Shown in pieces: positions 56,959 through 64,000 of a stretch of 64,000 bases of DNA. The stretch lies in IMG/VR virus record IMGVR_UViG_3300030616_000579. One strand, given 5' to 3'. Within the stretch, counting starts at the first letter, position 1; every line of letters begins with the position of its first letter. The translations under genes were made by a program, and so were the position numbers. Below the pieces are notes generated by a model, which had not been told where the DNA came from, made no database searches, and worked only from the letters and a program-made list of their open reading frames with translations. Origin of the DNA: an uncultured virus (IMG/VR IMGVR_UViG_3300030616_000579) (taxonomy: Duplodnaviria; Heunggongvirae; Uroviricota; Caudoviricetes).

Positions 56959-57235
56959 AGAATATAACTTTATCTCCTTCTTCATCAAATACTCTTCCTC
57001 TGTATTTTTTCAACAGTTCAAAAGCTGGTTTGTGTTTTATGTACGTGTTTTCTGAATAAACATTTGCACCACTACCAATAACAAATTTCTTGTTTTTGTC
57101 AAGCACCTCTAAGTGTCTATGTCTTCCAAAAACTTCTGTTTTATACCTGTACCCAATATCTTTTATCATTTTTTTAAACTCTTTTAATGTTATTGGTTCT
57201 CCTGGATTTATTATCATAGTTCGTCTCATAGGCAT
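56957..57235 (-). CDS. Basic hypothetical protein
   Basis: GGAGG RBS before ATG 57235. Confidence 0.55.
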   Translation of the reverse strand: MPMRRTMIINPGEPITLKEFKKMIKDIGYRYKTEVFGRHRHLEVLDKNKKFVIGSGANVYSENTYIKHKPAFELLKKYRGRVFDEEGDKVIF

Positions 57236-57236
57236 T

Positions 57237-57593
57237 TTATAACCTCCCAAATGATTGTACTTTATAGATGTTTTCTGTCCATCCATGCGTTTTTTTATTT
57301 TCGTGTAACGCTCTTTTCAATAGTTTAACTAACATCTGATAATTCCACTTATGACATTCATCTCGTCTGAATATTGTTGTACCTGCTTGATATAGTTCGC
57401 CAAACGATAACGATGTCACATTTCCTTGTGTATCGTGATATCCAGTGATTTCATAGTGTGGTCGTTGTTTAGTCATCAAGTTGATACCGAAATTACCACC
57501 AGACTTGTTTTTGTTATGCCATCGTTTTATGACCCTCTCAAGACCCAAATCTCGTTTGAGACTTGTTCCTCTCAGTTCTTTGATATTTATCAT
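57237..57593 (-). CDS. Hypothetical protein
   Basis: ATGA overlap with the RelA/SpoT gene. Confidence 0.5.
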   Translation of the reverse strand: MINIKELRGTSLKRDLGLERVIKRWHNKNKSGGNFGINLMTKQRPHYEITGYHDTQGNVTSLSFGELYQAGTTIFRRDECHKWNYQMLVKLLKRALHENKKTHGWTENIYKVQSFGRL

Positions 57594-58234
57594 TTATCCA
57601 ACTCCCTATTTCTCATCATAATTTTTTTCAATTTTCTTTTTTCATCATATGTAAATCCATCACGTTTGTAATTCTCGTGAGTTTTACTGAGATAGAACTT
57701 ACCTTGGCGTTTTGTTTGAATCTGTATTTCAATTGGTCGTTCTCCTCTCCCTGCACGAATTATCATATGATATGCAACGTAATATCCATCCTTTGGGTTC
57801 TTGTAGAAGTTCTTTTCTTTGATAACTGGATACATTTTTCGTATTTCTTTCACTTTCGGCATGATATCCTTTTCTTTATCAACATAGATACGCATCGCAC
57901 CAATATCATTGAATGAATCAAGGTGTTTTCTCCTTAGTTTATTGATACAAGACCTAACTGTCTTTACTCGATAATCCTTTGCACCAACCCTTTTTGCTAC
58001 ACTCTTTGTTGTTTTTGTATATGGAATAGTGTGTTGTCTTATTTTCCGTAATTCCTCTGTCAATAATATCTCTGGATTTACTTGTATTGTTTTGTTTGGA
58101 TTGAACGGATACATATCATCAGCATTAGGAATACCGTCCTCATCAAAATCACCAAACATAAATGAGCGGTTATTGATGTTTTTATTTAAACAGAATGTTT
58201 TTATTTTAATTGGTTTTTGTTTCATGTCTACCAA
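57590..58234 (-). CDS. Small alarmone synthetase-like (RelA/SpoT SYNTH domain) protein with N-terminal DxDxDG motif
   Basis: RVKTVRSCINK, DIGAMRI, PKDGYYVAYH, IEIQIQT, THENYK. Confidence 0.85.
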   Translation of the reverse strand: MVDMKQKPIKIKTFCLNKNINNRSFMFGDFDEDGIPNADDMYPFNPNKTIQVNPEILLTEELRKIRQHTIPYTKTTKSVAKRVGAKDYRVKTVRSCINKLRRKHLDSFNDIGAMRIYVDKEKDIMPKVKEIRKMYPVIKEKNFYKNPKDGYYVAYHMIIRAGRGERPIEIQIQTKRQGKFYLSKTHENYKRDGFTYDEKRKLKKIMMRNRELDK

Positions 58235-58452
58235 TATCTCGTTCTGATTCTATATGGTGTGTGTCTTGGTGGTTTATATGCCAATCGTGGTCGTTTCTTT
58301 TTCCTTCGATATGTACTTCTTGCTGGTCGTGCAATATTCTCTGTTTGTTGTGCAATACTGTTAGCTGTACGTGCTAACAAACCAAGACTTATGCCCATCC
58401 CTGCAATACCAAACACAGTGTTTGCAGTATTAGCTGGGTTATATGTTGCCAT
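58228..58452 (-). CDS. Small protein with hydrophobic N-terminus and Arg-rich tail
   Basis: GGAGGT RBS; YRRKKKRPR. Confidence 0.6.
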   Translation of the reverse strand: MATYNPANTANTVFGIAGMGISLGLLARTANSIAQQTENIARPARSTYRRKKKRPRLAYKPPRHTPYRIRTRYW

Positions 58453-58456
58453 ATTT

Positions 58457-58576
58457 TTACCTCCTTTTCTTTTTTGGATGTCTACATATTGGAGTTCGGT
58501 TTCGTCCTCGCCCTCCTTGCTTTCTTCCTATCTGCGTTCCATCCTTTCTACCAAATACCCCTCGTGGTCGTGACAT
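58457..58576 (-). CDS. 39-aa R/G/K-rich peptide (not in ORF track)
   Basis: MSRPRGVFGRKDGTQIGRKQGGRGRNRTPICRHPKKKRR; TAATG overlap. Confidence 0.55.
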   Translation of the reverse strand: MSRPRGVFGRKDGTQIGRKQGGRGRNRTPICRHPKKKRR

Positions 58577-58776
58577 TACTGCACCCTCTTAATCAATCCT
58601 CTTTCCATAAATACTCGTGCATACCACTTTCTATTTGTATATGGGTCAGGGCCAACTACTGTCAACCATCCATTCTCACTGTATTCAGGCCCAAACATTG
58701 ATGTCTCAATATACCTAAGGGGTTTCCCGACAGCCTTCTTTAAATCCTTTTTTGTAGCATAACTTGCCCCTAACAT
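58576..58776 (-). CDS. Small phage-type hypothetical protein
   Basis: YATKKDLK...IETSMFGPEY...RKWYA; AGGAG RBS. Confidence 0.6.
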   Translation of the reverse strand: MLGASYATKKDLKKAVGKPLRYIETSMFGPEYSENGWLTVVGPDPYTNRKWYARVFMERGLIKRVQ

Positions 58777-58793
58777 ATTATCTTCTCCTTCTC

Positions 58794-59018
58794 TTATTTC
58801 TCTCTACTCCACACCTTAATGATGTTTTTGTCAAATTCATCAGGTTCAACCCTAATAATTAAATTATGTCGTTTATACAAACGAATGATATCAAATCTCA
58901 TTTTTTTCGGAACTGTTCCATTATACTGAAACTTTTTACCATTAAATTCTTTGTACACGTTGAACACATTTAATTGCAAGTTTTTTTGGTTTTTCATATA
59001 TACACCTGTTAGCCACAC
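58794..59018 (-). CDS. Small basic hypothetical protein
   Basis: Co-oriented. Confidence 0.5.
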   Translation of the reverse strand: MWLTGVYMKNQKNLQLNVFNVYKEFNGKKFQYNGTVPKKMRFDIIRLYKRHNLIIRVEPDEFDKNIIKVWSREK

Positions 59019-59079
59019 CTTTTTTCTATGTCAGCACTAGGGTTGGCGTGCATATTACCCAATGCTCGAGAATGGGAAA

Positions 59080-59146
59080 ATGAACTGCAGTGTTTTTGCA
59101 CCACAGTTCATCATAAAACGGAAAGGTTAACCTTTGACACCGTTTT
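59080..59146 (-). other. Tandem RNA hairpins in a GC-richer intergenic stretch
   Basis: AUGAACUGUGGUG/CACUGCAGUUCAU 13-bp stem with two G-U pairs; AAAACGG..AAAGG UUAA CCUUU CCGUUUU. Confidence 0.5.
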
Positions 59147-59225
59147 TCCCATATTTTTTTCTGCGAGTCCGCCACGCTTTCTTTGCAGCTTTGGCTTTCT
59201 TCGCAGATTTCCTTTTCTTTGCCAT
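59127..59225 (-). CDS. 32-aa histone-tail/protamine-like peptide (not in ORF track)
   Basis: MAKKRKSAKKAKAAKKAWRTRRKKYGKNGVKG; GGAGGT RBS. Confidence 0.65.
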   Translation of the reverse strand: MAKKRKSAKKAKAAKKAWRTRRKKYGKNGVKG

Positions 59226-59245
59226 ATTGTATTACCTCCTATGGT

Positions 59246-59362
59246 CTAAGGTTTTCTTCCTCGCACTTTCCGTGGACTTCTCTTAACTTTCAGGCGTTTC
59301 ACGTGTTTCGCTCTTTTAACACGCATTGGTTTAACACGTTGTGCTACCCTTGTTTTTTTCAT
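59246..59362 (-). CDS. 38-aa K/R-rich peptide (not in ORF track)
   Basis: MKKTRVAQRVKPMRVKRAKHVKRLKVKRSPRKVRGRKP; GAGGT RBS. Confidence 0.6.
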   Translation of the reverse strand: MKKTRVAQRVKPMRVKRAKHVKRLKVKRSPRKVRGRKP

Positions 59363-59367
59363 TTTTT

Positions 59368-59607
59368 CTACCTCTTTTGTTTTAATTTACTAAAGAAATA
59401 TTTTGCATCTGCACGAGCTTTACGTTCCGTATCTTTATCTTCAGTAACGTTTGCAAGTGATTGTGCTTTTCTTCCTGCTGATAAATATCGTGATTTCATT
59501 GTTTTACGTTTATCAGTTGCTGATAAAAGTTTTGCACGTCTAGTTGATGGTTTTTGGTCTTTTTTCCAACCAGAATGTTTCTTTGGATTGAACCATTTTT
59601 TAGCCAT
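59368..59607 (-). CDS. Small basic protein
   Basis: MAKKWFNPKKHSGW...; start at TAATG overlap. Confidence 0.65.
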   Translation of the reverse strand: MAKKWFNPKKHSGWKKDQKPSTRRAKLLSATDKRKTMKSRYLSAGRKAQSLANVTEDKDTERKARADAKYFFSKLKQKR

Positions 59608-59729
59608 TACTTTTTCCTTCTCTTTTTTGCTTTCCATTTTTTAATCGTCCACTTTCCTGCCACTCCAACATCCCGTCTCAATTTCACTAATCCCTCGTTT
59701 GCCTCATCTAACATTAATTTTGTTTTCAT
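59607..59729 (-). CDS. 40-aa peptide with basic tail (not in ORF track)
   Basis: MKTKLMLDEANEGLVKLRRDVGVAGKWTIKKWKAKKRRKK. Confidence 0.5.
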   Translation of the reverse strand: MKTKLMLDEANEGLVKLRRDVGVAGKWTIKKWKAKKRRKK

Positions 59730-60686
59730 TTATGTCCAACTCCCAAAATTAAATGCGGTGAAGTTTGTTTCACCGTATGGTTTATAATTGTAACCATTGA
59801 TATCATACCCTTCTACACAATTCAAAAAATTATTCAACATGTAACTACAATAATTGGTGTCACATTGTTCGTCTATTCCCATAGACAAATTGTATCCCAT
59901 ATTGTTGATAAAAGAACAGTTTTGTGCTTCACACAACCACATTCCATTTGTACCTCCATCAAAAATATTATTCAATACCATAATATGAGAAACATACTCG
60001 AAGTTGATACCATAGAAATTTTCATAAAAATAATTGTTTGATATTGTACTACAACGTATAAGTGATGGGTCTGCATCTCCTTCACATCGAATGCCATAAA
60101 GATTATCTATAAAATCACAGTATGTAATGCGAACATTTGATGCATCATCATCTGAGTTAGGTAGAATAGCTATGCCTGCTGATGTTGTTTTAGAAAAGTT
60201 TTTAAAAACACAATTGTCAACTGTAAGACCAATCATGTCGTCATCAGTACAAAAACATATACCATTGACAATGCCAGTTGCAGTATCTCCAAGGAAATTT
60301 AAATCTCTAAAACTGATAAATCCAGGAGGAGTAACACAATTAAATATACCATTAGGTAAAGAACAACTATTTACTTGAAGGATTGTATGGTTTCCTTGAC
60401 CAGTTATTGTCACATTACTGATTACATCTATCGAACTACTAATTAATATTTCACAAGAAGGTAAAATGATAGAACCACCTGCAGTACTATTCAAATCCCA
60501 GATAGCAAGTTGTAAGTTACTCTCATTCGTTGACCAATAGTTTCCTTCACTGTTTCTAATATATGTTATAACGTCATCTTTCTCATCAGAGATTGTTCTA
60601 TTTACAGATAACACAGATGCTATGCCTACACAAACTAAGAACATTACTACAAGAATGATTTCTATTTTTGTTCTTATTCTTATCAT
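59730..60686 (-). CDS. Membrane-anchored right-handed beta-helix (pectin lyase/NosD-like) glycoprotein
   Basis: N-terminal TM, LQLAIWDL...GG.I.LP cap, ISNN/LNN repeats, sequons. Confidence 0.8.
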   Translation of the reverse strand: MIRIRTKIEIILVVMFLVCVGIASVLSVNRTISDEKDDVITYIRNSEGNYWSTNESNLQLAIWDLNSTAGGSIILPSCEILISSSIDVISNVTITGQGNHTILQVNSCSLPNGIFNCVTPPGFISFRDLNFLGDTATGIVNGICFCTDDDMIGLTVDNCVFKNFSKTTSAGIAILPNSDDDASNVRITYCDFIDNLYGIRCEGDADPSLIRCSTISNNYFYENFYGINFEYVSHIMVLNNIFDGGTNGMWLCEAQNCSFINNMGYNLSMGIDEQCDTNYCSYMLNNFLNCVEGYDINGYNYKPYGETNFTAFNFGSWT

Positions 60687-60696
60687 TTTTTTATAC

Positions 60697-63396
60697 CTAT
60701 ACAATTGGTAAATTAGATGAATTTACAGTGTTACTTCCAAGAAGAACATTTCCATTTGTTGTACCCAAACAATTATTCGCAACAAAGATATTAAAATCAC
60801 AAGTACCAAATTCACGGAACCCATAATTACAATTATAAATTCTATTTCCAAATACAGTACAATTATGTACGCCACTAAGCATAATGCCTTCTGAAACACA
60901 ATCAAAAATCATGTTATTACTGATAGTTGTATTATCGTTATCAGTAAAGATTCCATCCAACGTACAATTCCAGATATAATTATCTGTAATTAAATTATTT
61001 TGATAATATTGACATGAAATACCTGTTCCTGTAATATTGTATATAGTGTTTCCTGATACATGTTGACATCTTTCTATTCCTTCATCTCCACCAAAAGAAA
61101 TAAGATTATTTGTAGCAGTATGCACCCTAAATATCGAAAAACTTTCAGTATTATTTATTGTATTACCAGATGCAATATCATAATTAATGTATGAATCGTT
61201 TCCTGAACCCCAAATCCCTCCATAACAATTTATAATAACATTACCATTGATAGTTGCAGACCCAACAGATGCATCATATCTCCTGATTGCTACTGACCCA
61301 GTATTAACAAGTTTGTTATTTGATATTATAGGATATCCACTATCAAAAAAGATTCCATAACCAGATGTGTTTTCTATGTAATTATCAGTTACAATATTTT
61401 CTTTTACTCCTATAGATGGATTGTCTGATAAATGCATACCATACTGTTCCATATTTTTAATATGATTTCCAGTTACAATACAACCATCAGTACGAAAGGC
61501 TGTCTCAACATTATAAACATAATTACCTGTTACTGTTGCATTTAAAGCTAAGATTCCTCTACTCCAAAAAGGTGTTGATTCATATGCATATGCTGATGAA
61601 TTAAGGTCGTGAATAAAATTATTAGAAATTATGGCTCTATTTGATTTTTGCCCTTCCATTCCTATACCAATACTAGTATTACCAGTAATGATATTGTTTG
61701 TCACAATCATATCATGTGACGTGTTTGTATATTCACCACCAACAACATGGGTGTCTTCTAAATATACTCCAACTGCCCACGTATCTGCAATGTAGTTATC
61801 ACTGACAATGAGATTTTGTCCTGCTAGAAACACTCCTCCTCCATAGAAATGGTCTTTTTTACCTTTCACAAAGCAATTCTTAATAGTAATATTTGATATA
61901 TTTAAACAATGAGTTGAAGAGTCATAATCACCAACATAGATGCTTGTTCCACTAGAGTTGTAGACCCAACAATTATCAATAGTTATATTTTCAGCTTCAT
62001 CTCGTATCCACATTACTGATGGATATGCGTGTGTTTCTTGTCCTTCTTCGTTACCGTCCAGTCGTATCTTCTCTATTTCAATGTTATGCTCATCTTGTAT
62101 CTGAACCATTGTAACATTTGCTGTATCATTCAAGAACAACAATGTACTGTATCCTTGTCCTACAATACGTACATTACTCCATACATTGATAGTGCTATCA
62201 ATAGTTATTTCACCAGATGGAAGATATACTGTTCCTCCATTAGAACTGTTTAAGTCATCAATGGCTTCTTGGATATAGTTATCTGTTACATCCCAGTATC
62301 TACCATTTGAATTACGAATATATGTTTCTTCTGGTTCATAGAGACCAGAACCAAAGTTTCTACAATTAACAAATATCGATGGGCGATTGCCATTATCTTC
62401 AACTAATTCCATCCCATCATGATATACTGTCAAATCACCTGATGCAGTACAAGCTGTAAAGATGTTGTTTCCTGTTCCACCGCCACCAGTAATATTCACT
62501 AATCTTCCGTTGCCTTCAAACCGTAAATCATTGAATTTGTTATTTGTAACACCACCAGTTCCACCTAAATATATACATGAACCATTGGAACTATTTATAC
62601 CCTCAAAATTGATGTTTGAAAACACATTACTATCTGCATCTACAAGAGAAAGTCCTCTTACTGGTTTATTTGACCATCCTATTGCAAGTTGTCCGTCTCG
62701 TATTATATTGATATTTGCAGTGTCACTAAGAGATATTCCATATACACAATTATCTATACGAAAACGTTCTATTACATTGAAAGCAGATGTAGCCCCAGTA
62801 AAATCACCACCAGTGATATTTATACCAACTGAATAAGTGCTACCCGTATCTCTCCAGAAATCATCAATCCAAACAGCTTCAATGTGTCCATATTGCATTG
62901 CTCTAAATCTGATGCCACCAAGAGGAGCTGTACGTTGTTTTCCATTGATAACCATGTTTTTAATTTCTACAAACCTGGAACCGTTTCCATTAGAACCTTC
63001 ACCACAATCAATGATATATTCATTGCCAAATGTAACTGATGGATAAAGTTCAGTTACAGAAAGTTGATGTCCTGAAGAACCATATCCTGTTTCCCAACCA
63101 GAACCAATAAGTGAAATAGACCTATTATATGTTTTAATTCCTTCGTCTAACTCAAACACACCTGGAGGTAACCATACAATACCACCATTTGTTGTATTTA
63201 AATCATTAATTGCAAGTTGAATATTACCTGCATCACTTGTGTTCCAGTAGTTCCCTTTACTGTTTCTTATCAGTGCTGTAAAATCATCCCCTGTATCTGT
63301 TATTGTTCTATTTACAGATATTACAGAATATATAACAACAGATACTAGAAGTAACACAACCAGAAATGTTTCTATTTTTGTTCTTAAACGTATCAT
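60697..63396 (-). CDS. Large membrane-anchored tandem beta-helix glycoprotein (candidate spike/adhesin)
   Basis: Two IRNS.G.YW...IQ.AI.DLN..NGG.V.LP caps, many TGN/SNN repeats, dense sequons. Confidence 0.82.
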   Translation of the reverse strand: MIRLRTKIETFLVVLLLVSVVIYSVISVNRTITDTGDDFTALIRNSKGNYWNTSDAGNIQLAINDLNTTNGGIVWLPPGVFELDEGIKTYNRSISLIGSGWETGYGSSGHQLSVTELYPSVTFGNEYIIDCGEGSNGNGSRFVEIKNMVINGKQRTAPLGGIRFRAMQYGHIEAVWIDDFWRDTGSTYSVGINITGGDFTGATSAFNVIERFRIDNCVYGISLSDTANINIIRDGQLAIGWSNKPVRGLSLVDADSNVFSNINFEGINSSNGSCIYLGGTGGVTNNKFNDLRFEGNGRLVNITGGGGTGNNIFTACTASGDLTVYHDGMELVEDNGNRPSIFVNCRNFGSGLYEPEETYIRNSNGRYWDVTDNYIQEAIDDLNSSNGGTVYLPSGEITIDSTINVWSNVRIVGQGYSTLLFLNDTANVTMVQIQDEHNIEIEKIRLDGNEEGQETHAYPSVMWIRDEAENITIDNCWVYNSSGTSIYVGDYDSSTHCLNISNITIKNCFVKGKKDHFYGGGVFLAGQNLIVSDNYIADTWAVGVYLEDTHVVGGEYTNTSHDMIVTNNIITGNTSIGIGMEGQKSNRAIISNNFIHDLNSSAYAYESTPFWSRGILALNATVTGNYVYNVETAFRTDGCIVTGNHIKNMEQYGMHLSDNPSIGVKENIVTDNYIENTSGYGIFFDSGYPIISNNKLVNTGSVAIRRYDASVGSATINGNVIINCYGGIWGSGNDSYINYDIASGNTINNTESFSIFRVHTATNNLISFGGDEGIERCQHVSGNTIYNITGTGISCQYYQNNLITDNYIWNCTLDGIFTDNDNTTISNNMIFDCVSEGIMLSGVHNCTVFGNRIYNCNYGFREFGTCDFNIFVANNCLGTTNGNVLLGSNTVNSSNLPIV

Positions 63397-63836
63397 CTAA
63401 TTCTTCTCCCAAATCTTAAATGTGGCATACGAACTGGTTTAAAATCAATTATCGGCATCATACCCATAGGTCGTTCTCCGCCACCAAGAGAATACTCACG
63501 TGCAACAAAAGGTCTCTTAGGAAGATATGATTCCTCTTTTGATATTGGTGCATACTGTTGAACACCTGGTGGTAATCTTCGTTGTTCAACCGAATACTCA
63601 TCTGATATCTGTATGGGTTCTTCTTGTACTGGTATTTGTTGAACAACAACTTGTTGTTTTGGTGGTGCTTTTCTCCACCAACCAGGTGGCGAAGGTGGTT
63701 TTCCAGCAGGCGCCACTGCTCCCCGTTGAAGTTGTTGTGCTCCTTCTTTTCTTATCTTTATTCCCTCTTTCATGTTTTCTTTAAATTGTTGCCGTTTCTC
63801 ATACCCACGTAAATATGCTTCGCCTCCTTCTTTCAT
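63393..63836 (-). CDS. Pro/Gln-rich hypothetical protein (probably 5' partial)
   Basis: ORF track; low-complexity composition. Confidence 0.5.
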   Translation of the reverse strand: MKEGGEAYLRGYEKRQQFKENMKEGIKIRKEGAQQLQRGAVAPAGKPPSPPGWWRKAPPKQQVVVQQIPVQEEPIQISDEYSVEQRRLPPGVQQYAPISKEESYLPKRPFVAREYSLGGGERPMGMMPIIDFKPVRMPHLRFGRRIR

Positions 63837-64000
63837 ATGTGTTGCTGTACGAGCTATTCCTTTTGTTATTTCCTTTCTGTTCCGTCTACTTGCTTCATTT
63901 TTGTTTGTCGATACTATTACTTGTTCAACGTCTGGTCGTTTTTTTGCTTGATTGACAACTTTACTAACATTATCAGAAGTAAAAGCTCCCCAATTGTACC

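Larger units (their letters stand above)
1..64000 (-). mobile_element. Segment of a large archaeal virus or virus-like element (boundaries outside the window)
   Basis: 64 kb of single-strand coding, many micro-ORFs, own replication module, packaging-type ATPase, tyrosine recombinase, no ribosomal or housekeeping operons; archaeal TATA boxes and archaeal-type proteins. Confidence 0.8.

Noticed and set aside
613..63812. All plus-strand ORFs in the track
   Set aside because: They are antisense shadows of convincing minus-strand genes, with no recognisable motifs
1..64000. Ordinary host chromosomal glycosylation locus
   Set aside because: Strict single-strand coding, interspersed micro-ORFs, divergent replication genes and no housekeeping operons argue for a mobile element, though this cannot be fully excluded without flanks

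Overview
AT-rich, gene-dense window in which essentially every credible gene lies on the minus strand, with frequent stop/start overlaps, GGAGG/GGTGA ribosome-binding sites and archaeal TTTATATA boxes. It most likely derives from a large archaeal virus or virus-like element; a Thermoplasmata-type host is inferred from the AglB, PKD, DUF2341-like and beta-helix proteins. In transcription order (right to left): membrane-anchored, sequon-rich beta-helix and Asp-box surface proteins; tiny K/R-rich peptides; a RelA/SpoT-domain protein; small membrane proteins plus an FtsK/HerA (A32/Zot-like) ATPase, with no terminase, portal or HK97 capsid recognised; a MoxR AAA+/VWA pair; an array of micro-ORFs punctuated by a repeated TAAATTAAA motif; an archaeal-type replication module (MCM-like helicase, SSB-like, RecA-like ATPase, PCNA, fused PriS-PriL primase, XPF nuclease, RFC small subunit). 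Then comes a ~26 kb glycan island with its own oligosaccharyltransferase (AglB), a complete 2-aminoethylphosphonate pathway (PepM, split Ppd, AEP transaminase), three cytidylyltransferase domains, two LicD proteins, five radical SAM enzymes and further sugar-modifying enzymes. The left end has a Cas4-like nuclease, a glycosyltransferase ending in a PIP-box-like motif, and a minimal tyrosine recombinase. The headline hypothesis is a virus-encoded phosphonoglycan N-glycosylation system. Several candidate structured RNAs were also seen, one exactly antisense to the start regions of the MoxR and VWA genes. All family assignments come from motif recognition by eye, not database searches. No rRNA, tRNA or CRISPR array was seen.
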